DNA of 52,573 nucleotides from Collodictyon triciliatum (taxonomy: Eukaryota). Position 1 is the stretch's first letter. The number at the start of each line of letters is the position of its first letter. Shown here piece by piece: positions 1-12,931 of the stretch. The notes below the pieces were generated by a model, which ran no database searches, had not been told where the DNA came from, and saw only the letters and a program-made list of their open reading frames with translations. Location: assembly GCA_043381765.1 (NCBI GenBank), contig JBHJMP010000839.1, positions 1 to 52,573 on the forward strand, in the 5' to 3' direction. A program made the translations under genes and the position numbers.

Positions 1-120
1 TCCATAATAATCCATAATAATCCATAATAATCCATAATAATCCATAATAATCCATAATAATCCATAATAATCCATAATAATCCATAATAATCCATAATAA
101 TCCATAATAATCCATAATAA
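1..120 (+). repeat. (TCCATAATAA)12 tandem repeat, intronic, truncated by the window start
   Basis: Twelve perfect 10-mers, followed directly by tcag and the first visible exon at 125. Confidence 0.97.
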
Positions 121-124
121 TCAG

Positions 125-1463
125 GAAATCTTCACAAAGTATCGCACGCGGCTGGAAAAAATATTTCTGTACTATGCGCGACAAGATGTTCAGACCGAAG
201 GATCGAAGCAGCATACAGACACCATCAATGTAAACGAGTTCCACCAAATGTGCAAGGTGACAATTTTTTTTTGGATTATATACGTAAATATGTATATATT
301 TGTAATTGCATAAGTGGCAACAATCACTGGGTGTCCACAAATACGCAACAGTATCCGCGCTGCATACTACCACTGTGAAAGCTTGATGATTTGAATCAGA
401 TAACAACCAGTTGTCATCTGAGTCTCGAGCTAACAATTTGTTTTTTCAGGAGTGCAGCTTGATTGATGCGAGCTTTTCGATGAAGCAAATCAACACGATA
501 TTCTGCAACATCCAGATTGACGGGGATGTTAAAAATATGTCGAATGAGGAGAAGCACAAGGAGGTAATCAGTCGTTGCTCAAACCATTTGCCCTCTCACC
601 ACACCGCCATCATTTTGAAAAGAATCGATGCTAATGTGTCCACCCTCACCGACTAGCTCATCTTCCCGGAGTTTCTCGAAGTAGGTTCCCTTTCTATATG
701 AAAGTAAACTGGTCTCCTTCAGCACCCACCCAAAACATCCGGGACACTCTAGCCACGCTAGAAACATTGACTCCTTCCGTTACTTTTTTTTCTTTCTCAT
801 TCTTTAATTATTATTATTTTGTTATGTGGGTTTTCAACTTTGCTGTATTGTTAAACATAATCACGCCCGGCAGGGAATGGCAGCTCTTTGTACATACAAG
901 TCCCCAGACCCTGTGAGTGGCCGCAGATTCAACGCACTGCTACCTCCACCAACACATTCAATACATCTTACTTCCCTTCCCCTAAAAGCGACACATGGCA
1001 CATGACACATAACGAGACACAAGGCGAGATACAAAAAAGCACTACTCACCCAAGCCGGCCATTCATGCATAGTACACGCCGCTCTACATCAAACTGGACC
1101 AGTTTCTCTCCGAGGTCATCATCCCAAAGCTGCAGCCCACCATCAAGGGATTAGGTGAGTCCCACCCACCCCCATCTGCATGAACATGTCTGTGTGTCTG
1201 TGTGTAAACTATGCCCGCCTCTCCAACTGCTTTGCTTCGACTTACACGGACTGAGCGCCCTCCCGTCCCGCAGCGAAAGCGACAACGAGCCGGCCAGCCA
1301 CCCAGACCAGCGGAGGACGCGTGAGTTCCACTTCTGAAAAGCCGACTATTGTCCTTCTGCAACGCCCACACGCCGCCGCCTTTCGGCACGTCTGACTCTG
1401 AAACCCTTCCTGCAAATTGGGCAGAGCGAACGCCGATCCAGCAGACAGAGCAACGCCGATTAG
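125..1463 (+). CDS. 3' part of an EF-hand-like helical protein of unknown family (5' end outside window)
   Basis: GT-AG exons join in frame: EIFTKYRTRLEKIFLYYARQD...TINVNEFHQMCK | ECSLIDASFSMKQINTIFCNIQ...KE | LIFPEFLE (657-680) | GMAALCTYKSPDP | YTPLYIKLDQFLSEVIIPKLQ...; probable stop TAG 1461-1463. The 'IFxYY...INxNEF..MCK...FPEFLE' pattern resembles degenerate EF-hand proteins. The last two exons are less certain. Confidence 0.7.
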
Positions 1464-1756
1464 ACCGGCCACGGCACCATTGGCAGACGCGCATAGGCCG
1501 AGACAGGGGCGGCCCTTATAAATACGACGCTGTGCTGGAGCGAAAGAGTCCAAGAAGCTGGTATTGATAGCGACAGCAATCGCGATTCACAGTATGCACG
1601 CACTCGCCTCTTGCAGTCGCACACACCCATCGGAAAGAATGGGCGTTCCCAACACGGACTTTATGGATTGTCAGTCTTGTCTGCTTGCGTGCGATTGCTG
1701 TCTGGGCAGGCTTGCGAGAAAAAGAGGAAGAGAGTTTTGGTGCTGGCAAATGCGGT

Positions 1757-4700
1757 TTACAGCTGTGAGTGGTCGGCAAGAATGGAGGCGATGCAGCAGT
1801 TCAGACGGGTCGCGTAGGGCAGGTGGATGAACTCGTTCGGCCCGTGCGCGTTGGAATGCGGCCCCAAGACACCTGTTTGGCAGCCACACAAAGGATGCAT
1901 ACTTAGTGTACTGATACATACATACATATATATATGCGCATACGCATGCAAGAAAATGCTAGAAAGTTTTGCACATTTCTAAAGTTCCTGATTCATGAGA
2001 TGTTATTGCTATGGATAGAAAACAAGGAAAGAAGATTCTCATTATTGATGGTTCGTTTCGCCCGCATATTGTTGCGTGTAAATGATGCCAACGCACCTGT
2101 AATCACAAACTGGGCCGAAGGAAACATCTTGCCAAGCATGCCCATGAACGGGATACTTCCACCCTCGCCGAGCCCGATGGGCGGTTTCTCGTAGAAGGTG
2201 GTGGATGCCTTCTCGAGCGAAGCTTGCAGCCACGGAGCGGTAGCCGGAGCATTCCATCCTATATATGTATATATGAGTATGTGTGTGACAAGATTAGTGA
2301 TGAATNNNNNNNNNNNNNNNNNNNNNNNNNNNNNNNNNNNNNNNNNNNNNNNNNNNNNNNNNNNNNNNNNNNNNNNNNNNNNNNNNNNNNNNNNNNNNNN
2401 NNNNNNNNNNNNNNNNNNNNNNNNNNNNNNNNNNNNNNNNNNNNNNNNNNNNNNNNNNNNNNNNNNNNNNNNNNNNNNNNNNNNNNNNNNNNNNNNNNNN
2501 NNNNNNNNNNNNNNNNNNNNNNNNNNNNNNNNNNNNNNNNNNNNNNNNNNNNNNNNNNNNNNNNNNNNNNNNNNNNNNNNNNNNNNNNNNNNNNNNNNNN
2601 NNNNNNNNNNNNNNNNNNNNNNNNNNNNNNNNNNNNNNNNNNNNNNNNNNNNNNNNNNNNNNNNNNNNNNNNNNNNNNNNNNNNNNNNNNNNNNNNNNNN
2701 NNNNNNNNNNNNNNNNNNNNNNNNNNNNNNNNNNNNNNNNNNNNNNNNNNNNNNNNNNNNNNNNNNNNNNNNNNNNNNNNNNNNNNNNNNNAGGAATTTG
2801 CAAGCGATTCCACGCTTTCTTGTAGGATAGACCATAGTTGTAATAATAATAATAATAATAATAACAAAAAAAAGCATATTATTATACGCACAACAGACCT
2901 GCTCGGTTGGTCGGGGGAATTCCGTCTACGCCAGTGAAGCTCAGCGAAGGTTTCCACGTGCTAGTGGCCAGTATGAGATATAATCATTTGATTATTAGCG
3001 GTAATTTTCGGGAACACTTGACGTGTCAATAATTCATCATTATTTCAAGAAAAAAGAAGCAATCGTGATTTAAATTGGCTAACCGGCTGAGAATTCTCTC
3101 AACATTGTCGTTCCCCAGCGGTTTCACACCCTCGACGAACGCAAACTACAATCATTTACATGAACAGAGCAGTTAGATCGAAAAGCCAACTTGCGCTAGA
3201 TTAAGAACAATAGCTTGTTTCTACCCAACCGATGTAGGATAAGATAAAAGAAAATGAAAAAGAATGTGTATATACGGTAAGAATATTCCTGACAAAACAT
3301 GCAGGCCAAAATATCAGTTGAAAGAAAAGAAAAGGAAGCTAGGAACCTCTTTCCAAACTTCGTCACCAACAACAGATGCAAGAGCCTTTGCCTGCTCCAC
3401 ACGTTCCTCAGGTATATCGCAGTACAACTCAGGGATAAGAATCTTCCCACTCTCTGGGTCTTGGAAACGGTTGATGATGGAGTGGATGGCCCGGAAGGAT
3501 GAACCAACAATCCCACTGCATAGACGATAAGATTAATGGCTTCATATTGTGGCACTTGTAATACAATTCATTGAATACCTTGCATGTCCACTGTGGACGC
3601 CGTCTTTGAGGACAGAGACTTTGACAGTAAATGCAGTCATCCCACGGAGAGATGTAGTGACAAAGAGCTGTTTCAAAGTTCGGTAAAGCGATTCAATTCA
3701 GATTTATCAAGTGCTGCAATAAATATGTAAATATAGGATGGAGGCTCCAACAAATGAATGGGTGCTGCAAAAGAGAGAGGAACCTGCTCATAATTGCTGC
3801 AACCACTGTCGAGACAAACAATCAAGTTTGGGGTTCCGATGCGAGTTTGGAGTTTCTCGATGTAATGGGGAAGGTCGAAGCTTCCGCTCTCTTCGCAAGC
3901 CTCGATGATGATAACATATCGGTCGTGTTGGATATCTAGAATGAAAATGGTTGCAAACGTTGTGATTTGATTGCCTATGGTTCAAAGGAAGGAAGATGCA
4001 GATAGAAGGCAGAGAAACGGATCTCCAAGGAGGTTACTTTGGTCCTTCAATGCCAGGATTGCTGTCAGCGATGCGAAGATAGCATAACCATCGTCGGCTC
4101 CTCCGCGGCCGTACAACTTTTCAACCAAATATGCGCGTTGTTTACTTTTTTTTGAAAAAAAAATTCATACCAACAATAGCTACATTTATTCAGGGAAGAA
4201 TGATGTAATACCTTGCCATCTCGAATTATGGGCGTGTAAGGATGAAGCCCGTCGGACCAGGCATCAGTCATGGGAGGTTGCTTGTCCATGTGTCCGTAGA
4301 GAAGGACGGTTCTATGCCACGTGAGTATCCAGAAGAAGTAAAAAAAGGGCAAATCATCTCAAGATTCGTATAATATAACCATCCCAAACAGACTGGATAG
4401 ACTCGAACGCCAACTATTTATATGACGATGATAGTTAAAGTAGGTTGCAGACTTGAGCTTGTCAGCCGGCAAAGTTCCCTCGATGGTGATAAAGATGACA
4501 GGTGTGCGGGGAGACCCATCTTCCTTGTTGTCTCGAATAAGCTACTCGAGTCGGGGATTATGATAAGCTTATGAGTGGTGACAATAACGGATTGAGAGAA
4601 TACACCAGTGAATATGTTGGGCGAAATGTCTATGAGGACAAAAACCTCCAACACCAGGCCGGGGCAGTTCTTGGACTTGACCCAATCGATCATGAGCTGC

Positions 4701-4896
4701 AGAGCCCTGTCCATGTGTCCATTCGTGGCCCAGTCAGGATCAAATGCAGGACTCTATGCAGGTTGCGGCAGATAATCAACAATTGAAGTGAAGAAGCAGG
4801 GACGTCAGTATAGGGAGTTCGGTCGAAGCATAGCGTCATTTCTGAGCCGAGAAGCAACACAGCACAGCGAGTAAAGACATTTGCGCTTTTGAAACA

Positions 4897-4992
<96 letters not shown>

Positions 4993-5176
4993 GAAGGCAC
5001 TCATACAAATAGAATATAAAGACAGCAGATAAGAGTGCGGTGACAGAGACGTAAAGGAATGTTGATCAAGTGAGAAGCAAAACCTGGTTCGGAATGGAGA
5101 TGTAGTCAGAGAGCGCCGGGACGATTTCAGAGTCCCACGCACTTTGGACAAAAGAGAGAGTCTTTTGCTTGTCCAT
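1757..5176 (-). CDS. M20/M25/M40 family metallopeptidase (DapE/dipeptidase-like); one part hidden in the 2306-2790 gap
   Basis: Spliced protein: MDKQKTLSFVQSAWDSEIVPALSDYISIPNQ|SPAFDPDW...TVLLYGHMDKQPP...LYGRGGADDGYA...IEACEESGS...CLDSG...TSLRG...GVHSGHASG...GEGGSIPFMGML...GVLGPHSNAHGPNEF...*. Metal ligands H, D, EE, D and H are present. ATG 5176, TAA 1757. Confidence 0.93.
2306..2790. other. Assembly gap
   Basis: Run of N. Confidence 1.
4897..4990 (+). repeat. (AAT)n microsatellite in intron 1 of the M20 peptidase
   Basis: About 31 AAT units. Confidence 0.97.
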
Positions 5177-5679
5177 GATTCCTGTAGATTTGCAGCCGGC
5201 TTTAGTATTTGCGCACTGATCTCCTCCTCCAACATTTAGAGTTGATCAAAGTTCTCATCGCCCTTGTCCTGGCGGATAATCATTCTTCGCACGCTGAGCA
5301 GGCGATGGAAGAGTGTTGCTTAGTGATTCGTGGATTCTTCTGAGGAATAAGACCAGTCGTGTTTGAAGCTGTACTGCGTCCGGAAAAGCCAAAGTGGAAG
5401 TTTGGACACACGCCCCAGAGCCAAAAAGGAAAACCCCACAATTAGATAGGAATTAGAGCTTAGGATTTAACCAAATCTGGATTGTCGATCAACAATCAGG
5501 CGCCAGGCGATCAAAAGTCAATCAAACCTGCCAATCAGCAATTGCAGAAGCCCAAGGGTCGCTGCGGATCGTTGGGCACACAACGTAGAAAATAAGTAAA
5601 AGGAAGAGAATAAGTAAAAGGGAGGGAAAAGAAATGTTCATTGGACTGGATTTTTTCTTTTTGTCACTAATCGCAGCAG

Positions 5680-8475
5680 ATGCAAGGATCGTCAGAGTTT
5701 GGAGGTGGTTTGCAGGCCATCGCCTTGATCGAAAAGGACACGAATCAGGACATCCTCGTCTCATGGCAAGTTCATGATTTCTTTTGACACCGTCTCTTTT
5801 TTTATTCACCTCGTTTTTTTTTTTTGGTTATGTGTGTGTTTTTCCTTTATTTTGACTTTGTCTATGTGTGTGTGTTTTTTTTTTAAAGTTTGTGATTTAT
5901 TCCCTTCGCGCAGGAGTTTCCCTTCGACAGGCGCTGACTTGGACGCTGTTTTGAAGGATCGATCGTTCCTGCAGCGCGAAGTCGTAGAAATGCAGTCCTT
6001 TTTTTCTCGGTTTGGGCCTTATTGGCAGCACTTCCATGTCGAAGCTGTCGAAGGCAATGAGAAGCTTCCCCGAGTCCAAGTCTTTGCAATCGTTCTACTG
6101 AGTAAGGTATGTGAGGAACTTTTATTTATTCACTTCTACGTCTCTTGATTTTTTTTAATATTGATTCAATTTTTGCTTTCAGCGATTATTGTTCGTGATG
6201 TCCTTAAATATATTATATTCTAATTCTATTCTAATTCTATTCTAATTCTATTCTAATTCTATTCTAATTCTATTCTAATTCTATTCTAATTCTATTCTAA
6301 TTCTATTCTAATTCTATTCTAATTCTATTCTAATTCTATTCTAATTCTATTCTAATTCTATTCTATTCTATTCTATTCTATTCTATTCTATTCTATTCTA
6401 TTCTATTCTATTCTATTCTATTCTATTCTATTCTATTCTATTCTATTCTATTCTATTCTATTCTATTTTTTCGTCTCATTACAGAGCTACGACCCTGAAA
6501 AGTACTTTTCCTTGGCCAAACTATTGGCAAAAGTATATATGTCGACTGGGGACGTCAAAAAGCTTCTTGAGCTGTATGGATTTATCTTATATATTGCAGT
6601 TATAATAACATTCAATCGCCTCTTTGGTAATCTTTGTGTGGCACAGTTCACCGTAAAAGTAGAAATAGTTTGATTTGCACATCATGGTTTTTTTTTATGA
6701 TTGGTTAATTGGATGATTATTCAAACATGCTACAGTACAGCTGACTTTGTTACAACCATCTTTTTAGATATTTGAAAGCCTATACAACTGGAGCAGTTGA
6801 CGCAGGACCAATTGGAAGGTTTTCGTTTTCTGACTTCGATGCTAGAAAAGCGTTGTTGGGTGGATCAGTTAAGAGTATGTATATATCCTAGTAATGCCCT
6901 ATGTCCATATCTTTTCATATGAATGTTGATGCTGTTCAACTCTGAATATTTTTTTCCTTAATTCGATTCAAAGTTGTTCATTTCTGAATCTATTCAATTT
7001 AACAATAGCCTTCTTTTGTCAATGAATTTTGATTGATCAAATGAGGAAAAATAATATTCATCACTCATCAATCATATGGCAGGTGTTATCAACATTTTTG
7101 GCGTGGAAAGTATTCTCATTTGGGTCGCCATGATGCTCAAAAAGAGAGTTGTTATATTCACTGACCGTTTGGAAACCTTGTTGCCTGTCGCTAGGTTTTC
7201 TTGTCATCTAAAAGATATACTCAATCTTCCATCTGAGTTCCTTGAAAATATGTCGATTGATCAAAGAAAGAAACCAAGAAAAAGTGAAAAATAATTAAGA
7301 GGTTGTCGCTTTTACCCACAAACCATTTAAAATACAGAGCTTTTCCACTGTTTGTCTGGCACCGTCAAAACTGGGACTTGTTGAGACCTTTTGTTTCAAT
7401 CAACGAAACACAACTTCAAGATTTGCAAACAATCGGGTCCTTTGTCGCTGGATTTACAGATTCACGCATCCGAAACTATTCCGATCTTTATGATATTTAT
7501 GTGGACAGTGAGCACAATCAGCCCATCAATGAATCTACGTTTGGCCCCGCATTAGGGGTTTTGTTTTTACATAGTTTATTGATAAAAGCGATTAAAACAG
7601 AGCCTTCCTTTTTCTTTTTCTTAATTATTTACAGTTCCGGCACAATCGGTAACAGTGGCCGAACACGCGAAATGTATCACTTTTGTGTCAATAAAAACCA
7701 ATTTTGTTTGCTTCATGTCCAGAAATAACCACCGCATATTATCAGTTTCATACAACGACTTTTGATGTTGTACTGCTTGAATTTATATGCTCCCCATGCT
7801 ACAGCGCTTATTAAATCTGCATTACTTTGCAGCTGATTTTGTTTTGGGCTCATTCCACAAAGACCTTGCATCCATCATGGTGTCTGCTGCAGAGGAACAA
7901 ACAGACCAGGTATCTTTGATTGTGTCTATTATCGTTTATACACACCCGTGCTAATCAGAATCTGCTCTCAGTGAAAGTATGATTTAAAATAATGCAGAGA
8001 ATCAATTTGCAATAACTGTGATGGAACCACATGTTTATTCACATATTTATTCATTCTTATTTTATTTTTTTTAATACAGGGCATCGTGAAGATAATAGCC
8101 CAGAAAACCCGTGAGCTCATCACAAACCTCCAAGCCCTTTCTGGAGGTGAGTAACCCAACTCCATGCTGTCATTTTTTTTTTATCTTTCCACGGAGATAG
8201 TAAAAAAAATTTCACTGAAGTAGAAAAAACAACAACCATATATTCTATTTCTTTTATGACAGTGTCTTTGTATCCATCTATTATTGCAATAATTCGACTT
8301 GCGGCTTCATAAGCGGCGGTTCTCATCATTCCCACAAACAGACTCATCTAAAGCTCATCCAAAACTCATCCAATCAGGAGAAACCATCACGCAAGAGGCA
8401 CTGCAGCAGCGCAAACTGGGTCAGGCTATGGAGCGCTTCCTCTACAACGTCGCTGTCCACGAGAATCTCGCCTAG
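5680..8475 (+). CDS. DENND10: DENND10/FAM45-like DENN-domain protein (putative Rab GEF)
   Basis: Spliced protein: MQGSSEFGGGLQAIALIEKDTNQDILVSW|SFPST...FAIVLLSK|SYDPEKY...DFDARKALLGGSVK...FGVESILIWVAMMLKKRVVIF...FPLFVWHRQNWDLL...FVAGFTD...DLYDIYVD...LGSFHKDL...IAQKTRELITNL...ERFLYNVAVHENLA*. This is colinear with recalled FAM45A motifs (LIEKDTNG, DFNPEKY, LKKRIVV, WHRQDW, ENFLYHLA). Confidence 0.92.
6217..6466 (+). repeat. Compound microsatellite (ATTCTAATTCT)n then (ATTCT)n in a DENND10 intron
   Basis: An 11-mer array changes into a 5-mer array and ends about 18 nt before the acceptor. Confidence 0.96.
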
Positions 8476-9035
8476 TTATCTTTAAAGGAAAAAAAGAAAG
8501 AAAGGCTTCGGCGTCAATGCTTTCTCTCTCCCTCTCCCAACTATACAAACTCTTCGCTTCAAGATTCCCAAGCAAAAATACAATGGCAAACATACCTTCT
8601 TTGTGTAGAGGTTATTTTTTTGAAAAAAATAATCTGATTTTCATTTGATAACTTTTATTTTATTTTCTGGAATGGCGATAACATCAAGAGCTCATCCAAC
8701 TCCCAAGATATGGAGAAATAGATGGTGCAACTTGTGCGGGCGAATGATGCATGGTGGTAAGCTTGTCACTCATAGAATACATTAACCCAGCTATAACAGG
8801 AGGCACGTACTAGATTTCTTTTCTATGAGATGAATGGATGTTGTAAGTAACCCCATATAGAGCTAAAATTAAAGTCTCTAGTATTTTGGAATGATTTATA
8901 AAAGTGAGAGCAAATACGTTGATTTTGTTCGTTGGACGAGAGAATCTTTTTTCCACCTATATTTGAATAGTTACATAAGTTCTTGCAAGACACAAGAATA
9001 GATTATGTCAAAGGCGAGGATTTCCAAGTTTTTAT

Positions 9036-12000
9036 CTATTGCCTCATCGACTTACTCTTTGAAGTCTCCTCTCTGGTTTCTTTCTTTACCAGTGCGTATC
9101 CGCGCATTCTGAGATATTCGGGCGCCTCGATTTTAGCTAGATAAAAAATCCGCTTTCGAATGAGAACTCGATGTTGTACTTCGATAAATAAACAAAACAC
9201 GCTCATGGTAAGGAATTCTTATATCCAGTCTGTGCACTACTCACCATCAAGCTTTTCATATGTCCATCCGTCATTCTTCACCTCCAGGTCTCTAGACAAA
9301 TTACACAGGGGTCATATGATGTTCACATTGAAGTTTTTTTCCCCTTTATTCGATTCAAAGTGTGTTCACATTGAAGTTGAAAAATGCAAAACAAAGATGT
9401 TCATTCTCATCTTACTTTATAAGCATAGACGCGCCGAGCTCGGCTTTCACAACAAGCGCCCCATCCAGAACTAGATTTTGAATGTCTATGTCCCCGTCAA
9501 GGACAAGAGTGGACCTAGAGGATATACTTCCACCGTGAATTCTGTCAATCAACTCCGAAACAGTAACAGCAAACCCAGGCGCCAAGTGAATCTGTCCCGA
9601 GGGTAGGATGGTCGATTAAAATGAATGAGCAGTAGAACGTAGAGTGCTTTCACTTTTGTTTTTATCTTATATACTTTATGGCACAAGCTTCAAGAGATCT
9701 GAAAGAAACGCGTGGATTAAAAAAATATTGTATGATGAGAAAGTTGAAGTATCAAGAGCTTTTTCATGTCTGTTATAGATGTCATATGAGTGCAAGTACT
9801 TTTGGGCTTAGTCGGCTGGGAATGCCTAGGAAAAATGTTGGGGGGACCTCTCCAATCAGCATTCTAATGGCAATATTGGGTCAAAACATGGTGAGTGTGC
9901 CCTTGTTTGTATGATGCGTGAATGAAAATGTGACTATCTCTTCACACACAAAAAAAAGTATGATTATTCAGTCACCCTGCCATTCTCAGAAGCCTGATAT
10001 TTGTTGTGAACAAGTCTGACTCACAACTTGCTGCGCATTCCGGAGGTAGTCCGGACTAGTCATTCACAAGGTGGTTTTTGTTTTGTTGTGTTTTGTTTCA
10101 TATTGTATTGTATTGTGTGTGGTTTTTTTTGTCAGGATTATTGTTAAAATTGCCAATGTACATACGCTATAAGCAGCGACGAAAGGATAATACCTGAATC
10201 TTCTTAGCAGCATCTGCGGGGTTGTTTTTCACTGGCGAGAAACACAGCCATCTTTCAAACATAGTGAAGCCTACTTTACGCTCAGTCCCAAATAAACGAG
10301 TAAAATCCTACTCAAATGGTTGCGTATGACACAAAAAAAAAAAGTGAACAAATGGAATATACACAAAGTCTAACATTTGAATTAAAAAAAATTATTTTGA
10401 ACCTGCATCATACATTCCAGTCGTGTTGGTTTTGTAAAGATTGTTTTTTCCGGGTTACTATAGGTTGTCATCAATAGGGAATGTAGGCATATGTTTAGAT
10501 AATTACCCTGGTGTCTGCCAGAGTAAATTATTGTTCCTTTATTTTTCGACAGGTTTTCTTTATATTTTGGAAATGATTCGATTTATTTGCGTGCTGGTGA
10601 TAGATTTGGTTATTACCTGTATTTTGGGTTCACAAACTCTGGAACCTGGCCGTTCGTTTTTTCAAGAGTGTCGTTGTATGTGTCGATATTGAAAATAAGG
10701 ACGTTTATGTTTCCTGGATAGGGTGAAAATCCTGTGGTGTCAGCTGCATCTCCCTAGATTTTTGTCATTAAATAATGGATTTTTCTTTTATTACTATCCT
10801 TCCTTCTAATTTTGTGCAAGATGATGGAGTGTCATAAAATAATTGTAATATATTCAGTTGGAGTATACGGGGAACAAAATTAATCAGAACAAAAAAATTG
10901 ATACATTACTAATTTGGCAAACTTCATATGTGTTTTCGGTGCTGGATTTTATATGTTCCTTACCTGGGGAAATCCAGAACTTTTCAGCATAGGTTCGAGT
11001 TGGTTATACTCCTGTATTTAAGAAAGTCTTTTTTAGGGCACAATCACATTTATCTGATTCGGTGTGACCTGGCGCCAGCCAAGATATAGCATCCCTATTC
11101 TCCTTTTTTTTTTTCTTCTTTTTTTAGAATATTACCACGTTGCATGTCATGTGACTTCCGTCTCCTTTGGTGAGCTTGACTATTCCACCAACAGCCTCCT
11201 TTGGCGTCCGAGGAACTAGAATGTGGTGGATTTTCACCAAAAATCGACAGTACAGGGTTTTACAACATGAAGAGCATAGACTTTATTCGCTCATTTAACT
11301 GTAATACCTGTAATGGAGTTGGAGTCGAACTTGCGAATGGAACTGGCCCCCAGGGCTGCAGGAACAATCTTGAAAACAAGGGCATTTGTATCTTGGAAGA
11401 ATAAGACCCATTTTCTGCCTTCTTTCTTCCAACGGGGTATGATACCCTCCAAAAATAACAAACTGTGAATATCTCCATGTCCGTGGGGTTTTGTCTCGAG
11501 ACAATAAGGGTCATGCTCGTTAGTAACAAAATGGCATTCGTTGTCAGAAATGCTTGGAACTTGCTCTTGCTTAACAATCGTGATTTGTCTCTCTTCCATA
11601 CCAAAGTTGGCATTTTCTTTCAGCAATGCAACAGTCGCATCGTGAGTATCCCCTGATGTCATTATCACAAGGGGAAGAAACCCTCCTACAGCTAATCACA
11701 GGGGGCGACAGACAGTGAGCAGTTGGGGGAAGAAAAAAAAGAAGCAAAATGCGCTCGAGAAATTGTGAATACTTAAAACTATGGTATAATTTTTTTATGT
11801 AATTGAGTATGTATGAAAACCAGACCATCGCAGCGGTCTTGAAAGGCCAAAATATATTCGATATAGTACTGTATAAAGGGCTTTCCGGTAATCAGGTCGA
11901 CTGGAAGGGAAACTTTAATACCGTTATATCCAAGCCGCTCCCCAAGACCTCCAGCGACAAGTACGAACCCTGTTGACTTCATTGCTTCGTCTATGCCAAC

Positions 12001-12931
12001 TTGCTCAGCGTCGTAGAATTCTGTTGTCCCAACAGATAGTTTTTCACCAAGTGGTATCTGAAATAGCATAAGTCTGTTGGTTTATTTCTTTTCTAATTCT
12101 CTCGTTCAAGGACTTCTCGTATATTCTGAAGTGTTTACCCCTTGTTTTTTTATTGTGTAACTTTGATGTTTGAATGTTAAAAATTAATGATTTGCGAATA
12201 ATTACATCAGGTGTGTATCCATCAAGAGGGTTAACTCCATCCCTGGATTCTTTGAGGAGTTTTAAGGCATTCTTTCTGTATGCAACCAAACCACCGGGAT
12301 ATTTTTTGTTCAATAAAAGAACCTAACAGATGTTGTTTGATTTATAAGGATTGACTGAATGTATTTCAAGGCTGCAAGTGATGATTGAAGAGGATATATG
12401 AAGGTGTGTTAACGTTGCGTAGATCTTTTACATCAGCAAATGAATTTTTCAGCAAAGGTCCATCATATTCATATAAGTCCTCAAACACTTTACAAGTGCA
12501 ACTTGGTGGAGATAATGGAGGAGCTGTAAATAAGCAAAACCTGCTCACAAAAACTTTGCACTTTTTCAACCTGACCTTCTTCCCAGCGTGAAAATATATG
12601 CTTTAAAAAAAAAGTGGATTAATCATAGAAACAATACGCAATTCAAATACAAAAGAATGTTGATTTGTAAGCAACTATCATGCTCTTGACGGGTAGAAGG
12701 AGACATTGACATATTCCCAGAACAAATGTATAGTAATACATGGACCAATCACGTATAAAAGAAGACCACCCGAAAGATAAACAAGGATAACAACATGGTG
12801 CGTGCAGCAACATCACGCGTATGCCTTTGCATATGTCTAACCTCTTGGTTTAGATCAATCATCAGCTGAAGAGCCCGCTTGTGGTCGGGCGATAAGTGGC
12901 TGGCATAGGAGGCAAGTGGAGAGAGATCCAT
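9036..12931 (-). CDS. USP: UDP-sugar pyrophosphorylase (broad-specificity UTP:sugar-1-phosphate uridylyltransferase)
   Basis: Spliced motifs: YPGGLVAY, FVLVAGGLGERLGYNGIKVSLP, IMTSGDTH, KQEQVP, TKPHGHGDIH, FFQDTNAL, CNV|EYNQLEPML, FSPYPGNIN, VPEFVNPKY, PTRLECMMQ|DF, FSPVKN, LDGAL, PEYLRMRGY. The 3' end is uncertain: stop at 9036, or one more short exon near 8690-8810. Confidence 0.93.

Noticed and set aside
1-120. Terminal repeat as a telomere or CRISPR array
   Set aside because: There are no spacers, the unit is not a G-rich telomere type, and it ends at a splice acceptor of a gene that continues upstream. It is an intronic repeat cut by the window edge.
7910-8079. Donor GTATCTTT as a possible U12-type intron
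   Set aside because: It deviates from GTATCCTT and no TCCTTAAC-like branch site lies near the acceptor.
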